Part shown: positions 11,959-25,880 of the stretch, one piece after another
How positions within the stretch are numbered: position 1 is the stretch's first letter
Layout: the number at the start of each line of letters is the position of its first letter
Assembly (NCBI GenBank): GCA_965153285.1
Contig: OZ229115.1
Source of the DNA: Podarcis tiliguerta
Lineage: Eukaryota
Direction: 5' to 3' (one strand)
DNA: 64,000 bases
The notes under the pieces: generated by a model
The model's input: the letters and a program-made list of their open reading frames with translations, nothing else
The model's database searches: none
Told to the model about the DNA's origin: nothing
Program-made: the position numbers and the translations under genes

Positions 11959-14577
11959 CTCCAGGAAGTCAGTGCCATAATTATATTTGCTTTGAGCCTT
12001 GCCCCTGATACAGCCTGGATCATATTTATGGCCTTCATGCAACACACAGGGTGAAGTGTCCAAATGGACAACATTGTGCTGTCCTAGACAAGTTCACCAG
12101 CACATTCCTCATCACACAAAAGTCCAGGTGCATCCCTGAGGGTATCCTTCAAGTCAAACTTTTGGAAAGTGCTAAATGTGGTTTATGGTAATCACCACTA
12201 GAGGACTCACAATTATTCCATAAATCCCCCCACCCCAGTACTCACAACTTTCATCCTCATTACCAAATGTTTCAGTGGAAAGAGCCTGAGCTAGGGAATC
12301 CTGTACATACTTTGGCTGCACCTTTGATATCATTGCAATGGTAGACTTAATATTGCGGAAGGCCTTTTTTTTCCAGCCATTACCCTCGATCTAGAATCAA
12401 CCTGGGAGCCTCTGGAAACATGAAGCTTGCAAAGCTCAGAGTGCTGCTACAATCTGCCTGGGCTGATAGATGCCAAGACTGGTCCATGTCAGCTTTAAAG
12501 CTGTGTAGCAATGGCAGAGAGCCTGCGAACCCAGTTAAAGAGGAAGCCTAGGAGTTCTTATTTGCTTGGCTGCTCTCTGTGTAATAATGTTCTGATAGAA
12601 GGGATTGTGCAATGCAGCCTTTCAAAGCATAGAAATCACACGGCATGGGCAATTCTAGTGCATCAGTTCCACCACATAAATTCTCTGACTTGGAGGTGGT
12701 CACACATTGTGGCAGCCCAGGCTGCAAAGCACCAGAACAAATTTTTGGGAAGATGCAAAGACAGCTGCTGTTTAAGGACTCCAAAGCCTTTTTCAGTATT
12801 TGTTCAAAAATGGATAAATAAGTAGAATATGCCATAGGGATAGTGGACCAGTGCGAAGTTTCTTTCTTTTCTTTTTAAGTTTAGAAATCCCGATTGATTT
12901 TTATTTTATTTTTTGGCCTAAATTTTACCACTCTTCATCTGGTTTTCAAGAGGCAATAGTTGGTACGGTAATTTTGTCTTCCCAACCCCCAGCCCACCTT
13001 TGAAAAGGAATCTAGGCTTTAGTTGGTTTTAAAAAGATTATAGTACTCTGGTTTTCAGATTTAAGGGGCCCTTATAATTTAACTCTAATTGACATTTAGT
13101 AGCCACATCTTCAAAAAGCTCTGCCAGGTACTTTGGAAATTTTGTCTCCATTAGGAGAAATTGGCCTGTGCAGCCCACAGAAGCTAGAAACTACCACATC
13201 TGTGTGCAGCAGAGAATAGACATAAAGGACTCCTAGGGCTTGATTTGAGGGTGTATTATGCTGCTGTGTTGTTGAAGTTTAAGCAGGTCTTTGACTGGTT
13301 CTTGCCAGGGGTGGGAGGCTGCCTGCCAGTGTGAGCCACAACTGAGATTTCTGAAGGAAGAGCAGAATAAAGATGCCATAAATTACAGCACCATAAGAGA
13401 TGTGGACATCAGTCGTTTGTTACACATTTTTGTTCCCTGCATTTTCTCAGCACTGAAAACATAGTATTTTGTTACTAAGGAACAACAATTCTTCTATTGC
13501 ACAGAATCAGGTTGTGCAAGTGAGGTTGAGCTGGGCTGCAGAACATATATATAAGTGCTGAAGACAGCTTCTGCATAGTGACTATGACATCAGTAGTGAT
13601 AAGCAGAAAACTCTCCTCTCCCCACCAGTTTTCAGAACTTTAATTGTTCAAGTCTTCCATAGCTTTGCAGTCACTAGCACTTTTTTTTTAGAACTTGAGC
13701 CCCAACAACAGCAGATATTTTAATTTAAGCAAGGGCTAAGTTCTTGAATTGGTTTTGAAAGCCAGGGAACATGTAAGGTCATGATTAAAAATAAACAAAC
13801 AAATGTGCATCCTACTTTTAGATGGACACATCTTAGGTGGGATGTGCAGTGCTTTGCTGTCAAAAACATGACCAGGTCCACACTTGTTTAGTTTCAGCAA
13901 TGCTACACCATAAAGTGTTCTCAGGCTACTCATAGCTCCCACATAGCATCTAATAATAAAGGAAGTTATCTCTCGGCACATGTGGTGTACTTTCATCATC
14001 ATTGAGTAACCATAGTTCAGGAATTAGAGGTTTCTCAGATCAGAATGTATAGCTTCTAGGCAGGTTTTTGTGCCAGAAGTTTTCTCTGTAACAATTAACT
14101 ACTGCATACTAGAATGTTTTTGCGTCAGCATTAATTTAGCCAGTAAATGACTGTATGTTTGAAAACAAACATCCTCTAACACATCTGACACTAGTTCCTT
14201 CCTCTGTTTGTTTAAATTTGTTTTTAATGATGAAAAATTGAAATAAGAAAACTCACAAAATACTGACTCATAGATGCGGTCATCCCCAAACGATTCCTTC
14301 TCAGTTCTGTGATAAGCACCAACTGTAGATAACAACATGCTAAATTGTCTCATTATCAAACTACCTTTCTTCTTGTGGATCAGTTTTTCCTATCTAAACT
14401 TTATTATGATGGTTATTATTTTTGTCTGTGCAACGCTGGGGATTTTATAACTCTTCAAAAATACTAAACGCCTGGGTAGGCTTGCATTAAAAATAGAATT
14501 CTCCAGATAAATATGCCAAACACTGACACAGGACCATCACTACTGTTGTTTGAGCTGTGGTAGTGGAGGCAGCACAG

Positions 14578-14610
14578 ACGCGCGCGCGTACACACACACA
14601 CACACACACA
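14578..14610. repeat. A(CG)5TA(CA)10 alternating purine-pyrimidine tract
   Basis: Read directly. Confidence 0.95.
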
Positions 14611-16789
14611 TTCTTCATGTACTGGCAAAGTTTAGCAAAATTACATAATGTGGACTGTTGGCTCTAAAAGCAAGTGAGTTTTGACTAAGCAACAGGATGG
14701 GAGAAGTGTTCTAGGCATTTTGGAATGAGGCAGGTTTTCCTGTGTTCCTGTGAAGAACAGCCCCATGAACAAATATGCAGGTTCAGAAAGATTTATCAGC
14801 ATCCCAGGCTATCCTGGATTCAGTTTCTAGGGCTAGATGTAGGAAGGAAATGACTCAGTGGCTCTACAAGCCAAAGCAGCTTAGAAACTGACAAAAGACT
14901 GAAATGGAGCTAACATTCCCACACTTGCTTTCTTTGAGACAAATGTAGGAAATAGTGGTCCCACTTAGCAGATCCCAGACCATCCAATGTCAGAGTCTGA
15001 ACTGTGAGACAAGAACAATGTTTTACTTTAGCCTGTGGGACTAAATGGCAGCTCTGTCGTCTTCAAGCACAGGGAATAAAGTGTATGCTGTCCCTTTAAT
15101 TACAACCCAACCTCTGGATTCTTTCCCCACTCTACCCCCATTTCCCTTTGACTAGGCAGGAGAAACCTTGTTGCAGGCCTGTATTTTTAGCCCTTTCAGA
15201 GAGCTGCTCCACCTGTGTGGAGCCTGAATTCAGTAGACATTGCTCACCAGAAAACACGTGGGAGCTGTTCTCTGAGAATGTAAGGATGCACATCAAGAGG
15301 CACTGGCCCAGTTCAGATGTCACATTAAACTACAGTTTATTTAGAATGGAGCCCAAATTTAAGAAACACTGGCATACTCCCCATCCATTTCTTAGTCACA
15401 CTAAAATGTGGCAAAGAGATCATGGAACCAAGGAAAGGCATTCAATATTTATTATCACCCCTTTTTCCCATAATGGCTCTCTGGACAACATGTGTGGGGT
15501 TGCATCCAGGCATTGACAGATCCAGTCTTGCTTAGTTTCACAGGCTTGTTGCATCATGCACCGTTGGACCATATCCTGCTCCAACAAAGGCCCTTACAGT
15601 GTTAACCATAAGTTAGGGCTTTCATTTTCATTGCTTTGCATAAAATGTATTTCGAGTTATTTACTGGTATTCCACCTACAAAAATGCTGGTTCTAATTTG
15701 AAAATCAGGAAGGTTTTGTATTTAATTGAGCAAGAGTGTCAAATTTTGTCACAGTAGGTCTCCCTAAGTCCCTCATGTGTAATTGCATTTCCTTTTTCTG
15801 TACTGGAACCAGAAACAGTATATTGCTGCCAGGTAGAAATGAAGTGCTTGGCTTGTGTCAAGGGACAAACACCAGAGAAGAAGGATTGCAAAAATAAAAG
15901 GTCACAGACCCTTGCATTACACTGAGAGGGAGGAAAAGCTGGGCCCAGATCGGTATCCTGACATTTGAATGCTGGGACAGCACTTGTTCATTTTTGCACT
16001 GTGTGCACATTGCTGCGGATGCATTTTACTTGGTTCACCACAGTGTCAGATACCATGGGGGGGTGTCTGTTGTTTACTCACTATTGCAATTAAAAAGTTC
16101 CTTAAGATCTCATTCTATGAGTCACTGCACAGCAAAAGTGAACATACAAGGAGCTGCTGGTGTAACACCATGGGACAAGGTTGCCACATTTCAAAAAGTG
16201 AAAAATCAGTGATTTCTGCCCAGACAGCTGAATCGTGTCTATTTCCGGGAAATTCCTGACCTATGGCAATCCTACCATAGGAGGAATTCAACATCACCCT
16301 CTTCTGGTGATTCCATCAGACTGCCAGGTGGAATGAGCAGCCTCATCTCCTTTCATGTACTCTTCTGGGGGTTCTTGTGACTCTCCAGAGTGGATTTGAG
16401 GGAAACATGGGGTGTGTGGGAGAAGAGCAGAGGAAGCCTCATTGCATTAGCAGGAGCCCATGCACTGGCTTCTGCTAGCACACCAGGTTAGTTGAACCCT
16501 GAGCCATTCCCTGTTTGCTTTGCACCAGTGTCACAAGCCAAGCCAAGTTCTTGCTGTGGCACACCAAGGGAAATAAGTGGCTGAATTTAAGGAGGAATAG
16601 TGTTCTGGGAGTAGTAGCATTCTCTTTAGACCTAAAGCTGAGCCTACACTGAGCTTGAACTGAAAGCTAGGTCTACACCAGTATTTTATAGTTTAGCCTT
16701 TCCCCACTACCTAGCTCTGCATTTTGACCTTGGTCAATATATATATTGAGTTTAGTCTAGGTATCTGACTGAAGATGTAACTAGGCTTC

Positions 16790-17041
16790 CAACTTGGACA
16801 GTTTTAAATAGATGAGACAAATTCATGGAGGATAAAGCTATCATAGGCTACTAGTCATGATATCTGTACAATGTCAGTATGCCTCTGAATGCCAGTTGCT
16901 GGGAAAGATGTGCAAGAAAGGTTGTTGTGCTCATGTCCTGCTTGTGGGCTTCTCATAGGCACCTACTTGGCCACTGTGGGAACAGACTGTTTGACAAAAT
17001 GGGCTTTTGGCCTGTTCCCACAGGGTTCTCATGTTCTTATG
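16790..17041 (+). mobile_element. CR1 LINE 3' end
   Basis: GACAAATTCATGGAGGATAAAGCTATC...GCCTCTGAATGCCAGTTGCTGG...TTGGCCACTGTGGGAACAG...CTCATGTTCTTAT tail. Confidence 0.75.
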
Positions 17042-18224
17042 ATACCCACCATCACAGCAAGTTGTATCTATACTACTATGAGGTTAGAGAGTAAAACATA
17101 GTGTTAGGCAAGCATGGCAATGACCATCTTTATATAGAACCTTCTACACCAAAATCTTGCAAGATAAGTGACATCTGGCAAGAGGGAAGAAAATGAGACT
17201 TCATTCCAGGCTGCCAATCCTCTCAGAGCTGAATGATGCTTAAGGGCCTCATTATACCATCACACTGGCTGGTCCTCCCTGTCTACATCCAGCCCATTTC
17301 TCATGGCAATCACTATCGTGTGGAACTCTCATCAGCTGCATCCTCCACCCTGTTAGCATGGCTGGGGAAGAGAAAATGGTTTTGTTTTTTTTAATGACAG
17401 GAACATCCTTAGCAAAGAAGCAAGAATCAGTGTTAAGAATAAAAGAAAACAAGACAGCTTGTTTCATCCAAACAGAGAGGTTATTAAAGAAGCTTGAATT
17501 AATCAGTGATCTGCCACTGCTCTGAAATGGAAAAGCAGGGCTGAGAACTGAGTGGGAAGAAAGTCACTTTCCCAGGTACACATTTACATTAAATTATTAT
17601 TGAAGAGGTCATATTGTGCCCTGTTGTGGATGCAGATATGCTCATCAGCCCTCTGCTTCTTGGGAAACAGATGCATAGAAAACACTTCAGTCGGGGGTGT
17701 TGCCATTACCAATGATCTGAGTACAAGACACCCATACTGCCAAGCATGGAAGCATTCCCACCTGCCTCCACTTCAGCTCCCAGTAGAATGGCTGCAGATT
17801 CAAATCTCAAAGTGTTCAGAATAGCATGATTACGTCTGCCTGATGGATCATGTGACTCTACACAGTGCCTAGTAACAGATCCTTGACATTTATCCTTGAT
17901 CAGAGTATCCATCCCAATGCCAGACCTCAGAAATCAGGGCAAAGGACTATGCGTCATTGAGTGTATGGGCTCTATACCAGGGATGGTGGCTCCAGAAATG
18001 GTTGTCCCTTGCAAGGTCAGATGCTGGGGCTGCTGGGAGTCCAGCAAGATCTGGAGGTCCACATGTTCCCTTCCCTGTTGCTTAGTTACCATGCCAATTA
18101 ATTATCATATCATTACTGACCAACAGGAAACTAGAATGTAATTGAGTAACTTGCTCATAGTTTACTCACAGAAGAGCAAGTACAAATCTTAAAAGGTATA
18201 TAGGTTTCAGCTCCTGTGCTTGCA

Positions 18225-18690
18225 AGCAGAGCACAAGTTTCACATGTGGGATGCCCAGGTTCAATCCCAGCATCTCCAGCTAAAAGGCCTTAAATAGCAG
18301 AGCTGTGAGTCTCAGCCTAAGATGCTGTCATTCAGAGTAGCATTTGTTGTTGTTTAGTCATTTAGTCGTGTCCAACTATTCGTGACCCCATGGACCAGAG
18401 CACTCCAGGCACTCCTGTCTTCCACTGCCTCCCGCAGTTTGGTCAAACTCATGCTGGTAGCTTCGAGAACACTGTCCAACCATCTTGTCCTCTGCCGTCC
18501 CCTTCTCCTTGTGCCCTCAATCTTTCCCAACATCAGGGTCTTTTCCAGAGAGTCTTCTCTTCTCATGAGGTGGCCAAAGTATTGGAGTCTCAGCTTCAGG
18601 ATCTGTCCTTCCAGTGAGCACTCAGGGCTGATTTCCTTCAGAATAGATAAGTTTGAGTAGCGTATACTGAGCTAAATGGACAGTCAGCTT
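18225..18690 (+). mobile_element. Squam3-like SINE interrupted by the Bov-B insertion
   Basis: CCCAGGTTCAATCCCAGCATCTCCAG before the LINE and ATACTGAGCTAAATGGAC after it; collinear with the copies at 22251 and 44717. Confidence 0.65.
18344..18654 (-). mobile_element. Bov-B (RTE clade) LINE, 5'-truncated 3' end, 311 bp
   Basis: Minus-strand ORF remnant MRREDSLEKTLMLGKIEGTRRRGRQRTRWLDSV...WSALVHGVT is the Bov-B C-terminus. (CAA)n tail. Flanked by GAGTAGCAT (18335-18343) and GAGTAGCGT (18655-18663) TSD. Confidence 0.92.
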
Positions 18691-18693
18691 CAT

Positions 18694-18900
18694 GGGAAAT
18701 ATAGGAAGTTGCCTCTAACAGTGCCATACTATTTGTCTATCTAACCTGGTAGTTTAGTTAGCATAGTGCAGCAATTCTTTGGGGTTTCAGGCAGAGTTCT
18801 TTCTTTCCACCATGTCCTATTAAGACATTGTCTCTTGAGAGACCAAGGATCAAACCTGGGACCTTCTGTATACAAAGCATTTGCTCTACATTCCCCCTCC
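18694..18900 (-). mobile_element. Squam3-like SINE
   Basis: Reverse copy: ATAGGAAGTTGCC...GGTTTCAGGCAG...GGATCAAACCTGGGACCTTCTG...TGCTCTAC. Confidence 0.7.
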
Positions 18901-21900
18901 CTATACTCAAACAGACCACAGAGAACAGAGTGACGTGACTTAGTTTAGCCACAAAGTCAGATCATGCATGTACCCAGAAGTATACAACGCCATATGCTAG
19001 CTTCATCTGTTTATGAGAGATGTTTCCATTTTCTGTCTCTGATCTAACACACCAATACGAACCCGTCAAGATGAGATAAAACCTACATAAATGGAAATTA
19101 ACATTTCCTATTTTTTAAAAATCATGTTAGTACAAAATTACTAAATGGTTAGCATTGGCCCAAATAAAACTCAGGTCTATCTACACTAATTGGTTTCTAC
19201 ACTGCTGCATACAAAGCCCTTCCAAATGGTTTTCAACATTACATTTTATTCACATATCACTAGAATAAACAAGAGGTCTGTTTAGTTGCTCTAGTTCATT
19301 GTAAGCATACATATGAGCCTCTGCTGTTTGCATGCATGTGATACTCTAGTATGGGGGAGGGTTTCTATTTTCTTCTTACCTTCCTTGTTGATATGTTGGG
19401 GTACTGTCTTTGTTTCTCTGAGAATAGTAAGATCCAGAATGTTGACAGCAAGGGTTTACATTCCTGTTGATTTTGCTTGGCGCTTACTGCTCACAAGCTC
19501 TGAAGATAATCCCACACCTGGAATAGAATTATTTATCCAGTAACTAGAGAGAATATTTCAGGGCTTGTGTATGTGCGGGCTTTTGCTGCTGCTTGTTCCT
19601 AATAATATCAATGCCGGCAGCAGAGTGAAATCTATAGCTGCACAGTCGGGGATTCGGAATTTCAGAACCTAATTTAAACAAATATACAATTTCCGGGTTT
19701 ACTTATGTAACAGCACTGTGGCTTCTGTGAAGCCACCATGGGGAGCACTGAGGATTATGAACGCCACTCTCTTTTAAAGGGCTGGCACGGCCAAGGGCTT
19801 GTGTTGTTTTAATGGGGTGCCTGGGGAGTCATTTAATTTGGTGCTGGGTGGGTTTATCTGCTGCAAGGAGTTTTTCCAGCATACAGACGGGGGGGGGGGG
19901 GGACAAAGATCCTCTTGCACTTGCTTCTGTGCTGTGCTTTGTGGCATGCAGGCAGCTAGTGTGCTGAACTTTGACACTGAAGTCTTAAATTCAATTCATT
20001 TGAAGTCAATTTTTGATACAGAGCTTCTCCATAACCTTGGACAAGGTTATTCTACCTCATGCTCCTGTTCCTTTCCTATGCACTTTTTCTACCTACCCCA
20101 TCAGATCAGCCAAAGGGCTTCATGTCTGAAGCACTGAGGGTCTTCACAAAGGTGTTGCATTCATTGAGGATGCAGTACTGTTGTCATATGGGCTCTGCAA
20201 TGTCTGTTATATAGTAAGTGACATTAGGATTGTGCTACATTCAGGAACAGTATGAACTGTCCCATTAGCACAAAGCAGCAGCCCATTATCCAGATTCTAC
20301 CCCTTCGTTGGCCTAGAGAAACCTTGCAGCTGGTTTCAGCCCTATCAAGGAGTTGTATAAACCTAATGCACATGCTGTGTTACCAACACCAGTGAAGAGT
20401 ATGACATCAGTTATTCTGATCCAACAGCAAATATGATATACAACTCCAATAAGGGGTGGGGAAGAAACCCACAACCTTAACAGGATGTGAGATTTAAATT
20501 TCAAAAATTCGGTTTGTGGTGAAGCATGAAAATTCACTATATAAAAACTGTTTCTCCTAAGCCTATGCTTCAGTTGCAACCATTTTAACTCTCCTACATT
20601 GCTTTGGTTTTAGTAAGGATGAGAAGTGGGGCCGAGTTACACTGAATTAGGTCAATGTTCCCTCTAGCTCAGTAATGTTTATTATGACTGGCAGTGGCCT
20701 CCCATGGATAAAGCAGAGGGTTGTGTTTCTCCCAGCCCAGGTCTGTTATGCAGGATTCTGCTCTTTTAAATAAAATGGAAGTTAAACCTGAGACATTTTC
20801 TTATTTGTTTATTTAAATGTTTTCAGGCATAGCCCCCAAAGGTGGCTTACAGAAAATCATAAAATATAGAATCCAACAAAATACTATTTGAAGTTAACAC
20901 AAAACCCAACAGGTTTAAAAACAGGATCTTGAAATTTCAATTCATGGGCCAAAACTATCCAATACAAATTTCATACAGTTCATGCCATCCAAAGGTGGAA
21001 TGGAACACTGAAAAGATTTCAAGGTACCCTTTTAAACACAAATGTTGTTTTAATGGCCATTAGCAGGCCAGTACTGTAGGTTACATCCATTAGATGCATT
21101 CATCTGTTACACAAGCACTGAATACTGTTCTTTCCCAGTCTAGAGTTGGGAGTTGTCTCTAACTAATCAGAACAAGGGATTGCCATTTCACTCAGGAATA
21201 ACTGTAGCAGAAACATGGGAAATAGCATACAGGGAATAAAGAGGTGCTCCAGGGTGTTAGTTTCAGCCAGAGCTCAGATCTAGAAACCTTGGACACAGAA
21301 CCACTTTTAGTATGGGTTAAATTCCTCTTCCAAACCCCATCCAGCCAATACACATACGGGAGAGACACATATAAGAGAACAAGTCTTATTTTGATTACAG
21401 TAATCACAAATGTGTGCTTGCCACATCAGGATATAGGTATTTTCTTGGATTTTATAGCTTACAGGGAAATGTAGCAAATTCACTCTTGCTCTCTCTCTCT
21501 TTCTCTGGGTTTGGTTCCACACGATCCTCACACATGAAGGTTGTTGGCTTAGTATTTCTGGAAACCGATTGGCTATCCAGCTTCACAGTATTTGCAAATA
21601 AGTGATTGAGAAAAAGAGAACATACCTGATTTTCCCAGCATGAATGTTCCACTCTTCTGAGATTTGTCCCAGCACAAGCTTGACTCCAAAATTATGTGAT
21701 GCTCTTTCCAGGTGAGTCTGAATAGAGCTTATCTATTTATCCATCGAGGGCTGATAATTTTGAGATGAAAGCCATGCATGGGATTCAAGGCTGAAATTTC
21801 AGTCTGGTTTCTCAGATGAAGCTCAAAGGATCTCAACGGGCATGAAGCAGCATATATAATTACTATTGGGCTAGAGTTGATGGAGCTGGTTGTGCCTTTC

Positions 21901-22250
21901 TTCAAATTATTGTTTACATAAATTCCCCACTGTGCTAAATATTGTATATATCCAGATCACTAGACTGAGATTATAACCTTAAGTCCCAAGTCACACTAAT
22001 GTGTTTGGATGGGAACCTGTGGCTCAGAAAGATACAAGTAGTCATTCTGAGTCATGGAACTCTTTCCAGCGATGAGTTCTGTGATTTAATGAAATCTGTG
22101 GTAGTGAGTCCTCTCCATTATTTTCACGATAGGGCTCCTTGGTGCCAGATGGCACATCATCCCAGCCCTGGAAGAAAATACTGTAATGCCTATGTGTGTG
22201 GGTGCCTCTCTGTCCTAGACAATGCTCTTGGCAATTCCTTTTGGATAGCA

Positions 22251-22420
22251 GGAAGGGATGTAGCTCGGTAGATGCTCTGCAAACAGAAGGTCCCAAGTTC
22301 AATCCCCAGCATCTCCAGGCCAAGATAGGAGAAGACCCCTGACTGAAACCCTGGAAAGCTTCTGCCAATCAGTGCTGACAGTACTGGGTGAGATGAACTA
22401 ATGGTTTGACTTATACAAAG
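22251..22420 (+). mobile_element. tRNA-derived SINE, Squam3-like
   Basis: A box TAGCTCGGTAGA, B box AGTTCAATCCC, body GCATCTCCAGG...TGAAACCCTGGAAAGC. Confidence 0.75.
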
Positions 22421-25400
22421 CTGGGCTTTTGGTCCAATACTGGGTTTCAGGCAGATCCCACATGGGATCAGGTGGTGAAGATCTCTGGTGTAGCACACAT
22501 ACCACTTCTTGTCTGCATCTCAAAGCATTTTCATTCTTTTCCATATCAAGGAAGCTGAATCACAGAGAAGGGAAGTAACTCACTCACAGAGTTATTTAGT
22601 TAGTCAGTGGCAAAACTGGAGATAGATTCCACCCCCCGCCCTCCACTTTGGCTGAAAATCACTATTCTTCCAAACCACTGTCTGCAGCTAAATGCTGTCA
22701 TAACTTGCAATTTGCCCACAGTTATGCTTCCTCTTTTTCCCCAGACAATCTGACGTGTGTGAGGCAGAGATATGGGGTAGCGGGTGGGGGAGGAAAGAGA
22801 GAAGGCTCATCCGGTACACTTGTTGGATAAACAATATCTGAAACTGGGACAATAAGCGAGAATTAAGTCCATAATTCATGTGATTATGTTTGTTATCAGG
22901 GAAATGCCTTTTCACAGCTGGGTTTTATTCTTTCCCTCCAGCTCTCCTCCTCTTGAACCCCCCCTCCTCCCTCCAAATTTGGCAGGAAGCAATTATCGGA
23001 ATACTGTACTTGGCCCTCCTAGCTATTTCTCAGATTTGTGAATACAATATTGCAGAAATATTATCCCTGTGCGTACATAAAGGGCAGGAGGAAGATGGGT
23101 GGGCCAACAGGTCCTGGACACTGACATGTTTTAGATGTGCAACATTTCCATTCCCACTACTGGTACTGTGTATACAACATACATTTAAAACATAGCACCT
23201 GATACCCCCAAAGTATCACGGGGACTGTAGTTAAGGGTGCTGGGAATTATAACCCTGTAGACTACAGCTCCCAGTATGGTGAGCACACAGCCACTGGATA
23301 TGGTCATACCAGTAGTTTTATTGTCCACCCGCAACACAGCTAGTTCTAATCCCCTGGAACTTTGGCAAGAAGGTAGGATTGTCCATTGTTGGCTCCAAAA
23401 CTTGAGGAGGAGCTTTGAACAAGATTCCCTTAGTGGGGAGGGGGTCTCCGTGACACCGTGTCCTCCTTGCCACTTTCACCACAGCCCCTTTAGCCCTCTC
23501 CTTGTGAGTCCAATCTGCAGCATTGCCCAGAAGGAGAAACCAAGACAAGTGAAAACTGACAGTCCTTCTTGCTCTTGATACTATTTGGACACTTAGAGAG
23601 GATAGTTGAGCAGGCAGCAATTTCGAGGAGGAGGAGCTGGGTAAGAGGGCACTGGGGTCAACAGTACATCCCCCCCCCCCCGTAGGATATGGACCTAAGC
23701 AGGTACCGGGTGATGACAACCGCTGGTGCCAACTGTGTATTTCCGTCACCTTTCTCTTTTTCCTATTAGTTTTACTCATATTTATTGCTCACATTCAATG
23801 CTAACTAAGGGAAACATTTAAGCATGCATACATTTCAATGAACAGTCATATGAAAATCAGCAAACAGGGCCCAAACCAACCTAACGGAAGCACTTTGTTA
23901 TATCATTAGTTTCAATTGGAGTAGTAAACAAGTCTTTGCTGAATGGTAATTGAAATCAATGGGACCCCCTACATGATTATGTGGGGCTGGATTATGCCCA
24001 CTGTTTCTCTCTCTTTGTATGTGGATGCAGCATTGGCGCAGCCTGGATGAACTGCACCCTTTGTCTCAAGCCTTATAAAAAGAGGTAGACAAGTAACAAG
24101 CAAGGCAGTGGGTATATTTCATTTGCCTTATGGCTTGGGAAGAAAGCTCCTACCTATCTTGGCTGCTGCTGCAGCCATGTCTGGATCTTATTATCATGGC
24201 TGCCTTAACAGATGGGAGCAAATGACCATGCCATACTGTGACAGACAAGATGTATTTTTCTCCTATGTATCCTAAGCTACACCCTCCCTCTCCCCACCTC
24301 AGTCGACTAGCAATAGCTTTATGTGCTCATTTCTCCCTCATTCACTTGACTTACTCTGCATTTAGCTGTGTTAGGAATCACTTCTCAATTCTGTTCTGCT
24401 GGCTTTGCAGTGCAATTCACCTGGGACTAATTCATCTGCTCTGATTTCATTGGTTCTAGCCTACCAGCTGCCTTTGTAAAACCCAGTAGGGTTAAGTTGT
24501 GTGACATCCCAAGGTCCAAAGTTTAGAGAGGTTGGGTTCAGATTGTTCTGTTTTTGTGTGTGGAATTTAATTGTATATCAGCAATTAAAGTTGATTTGGC
24601 ACATTTGTGAAACAAACCAACTTCACAATACACCCCGCCAAAACGATGACTTTCTGAAGTAAGACGAGTAATGGGAAAATGCCCTGGAAAGTGCAGGATA
24701 ACAATTGCTTGATGCAATGTTATATAACTTCCCTGCAAACAAATCAGAATTAATGCTCTATAAACAGGTTGTCTGCAAGTGACCAGAGTCTTTATTCTGC
24801 TTCGTATGCTGGCACCTCAGGGGGTTACTGGTAAAATATATTTGATGGTGATCTAGTTAATTCAGCTTTACCACTGGAACTAAATGCACTTCATACAATA
24901 AAATAGAGATTCTGCCACCACCTACAGCAGAGATTAAAACAATTAATGTGGGGAGCAGTTACTTTGGTTTAGAGATCTAGCTAGTAACTTTTCCAGCTTT
25001 CAGCCTCTAACTGGCCAACTCTCTCAAAGTGTTATTGGTGGAAGTAACTTGGTCAAAAAGACTGCAGCATTAAATGTGGGTGAGATAATAAATACCATTG
25101 GATCACAGCACACAAGTATACCTGCCCAAGAAGTTAGGTTGATTATACAGCATAAACACAGAAATTGCAGTCAAGGAAATAAATGTGTGTTTGGCAGAAC
25201 AATCAAAACCCGAGCTGGGAAACAGTGAGCCACCCAGTCTGCAGGCCCCATTGCTATGCCAGCTCTCAGCTGGCAGAATAGTCTGGTGCCAGTTTTCATG
25301 TCCCCTCTGCCTTCTGCTGTGGGATTGTTATAGGTGCATTGCATATTGGAACCTGTAATTTAATACATGAAAATAATTGGGGAGGAATAGGGGGGAAAGG

Positions 25401-25799
25401 GTGAGGTTGGAGTTTTTGGAGCAGGGCAGAGTTTATGTTTAGTTTCGTGTTTGAGTGAGTTGCTGGAACAAAGAAACTTCAAACATTTGTCTCTGGCATT
25501 TTGGATTTCTTATAATGCAGCTCTCTAGCAAAGTTGAGCCGTTCTAGAGGCAGTGTCTTGTACCCCAATGCAGAGCACAGGTCAAGGCAAATTCACACTT
25601 GTTCTAGCAGGACAATGGGTTCTAGGACCCTGCCAGAGCTTTATGCCTGCTGGCTATGGGAAAGCAGTGTGAGGGTTAGGGGGTGTCATATTTTGACCTT
25701 GCACCCCACCCCCATGCATGACAAGGCAATGTGTGGCCCACAGGTTCCATGTTCAAGTACTCTTTCAGCCCAATTGGTATGAAAAGTTGGATCGCCAGA

Positions 25800-25880
25800 C
25801 TTTAACTGAAGACGTCAGGGATTGAACCTAGACCTGCTACATGGAAAGCATATGCTCTACCATTGAGCTATAGCCCCTTC
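25800..25880 (-). mobile_element. Squam3-like SINE, tRNA head only
   Basis: GGGATTGAACCTAGACC...GCATATGCTCTACCATTGAGCTATAGCCCCTTC is the reverse complement of the A/B-box head. Confidence 0.7.

Noticed and set aside
25800-25880. tRNA gene
   Set aside because: A/B boxes present but no clean cloverleaf; the sequence is the head of a SINE family seen several times in the window.
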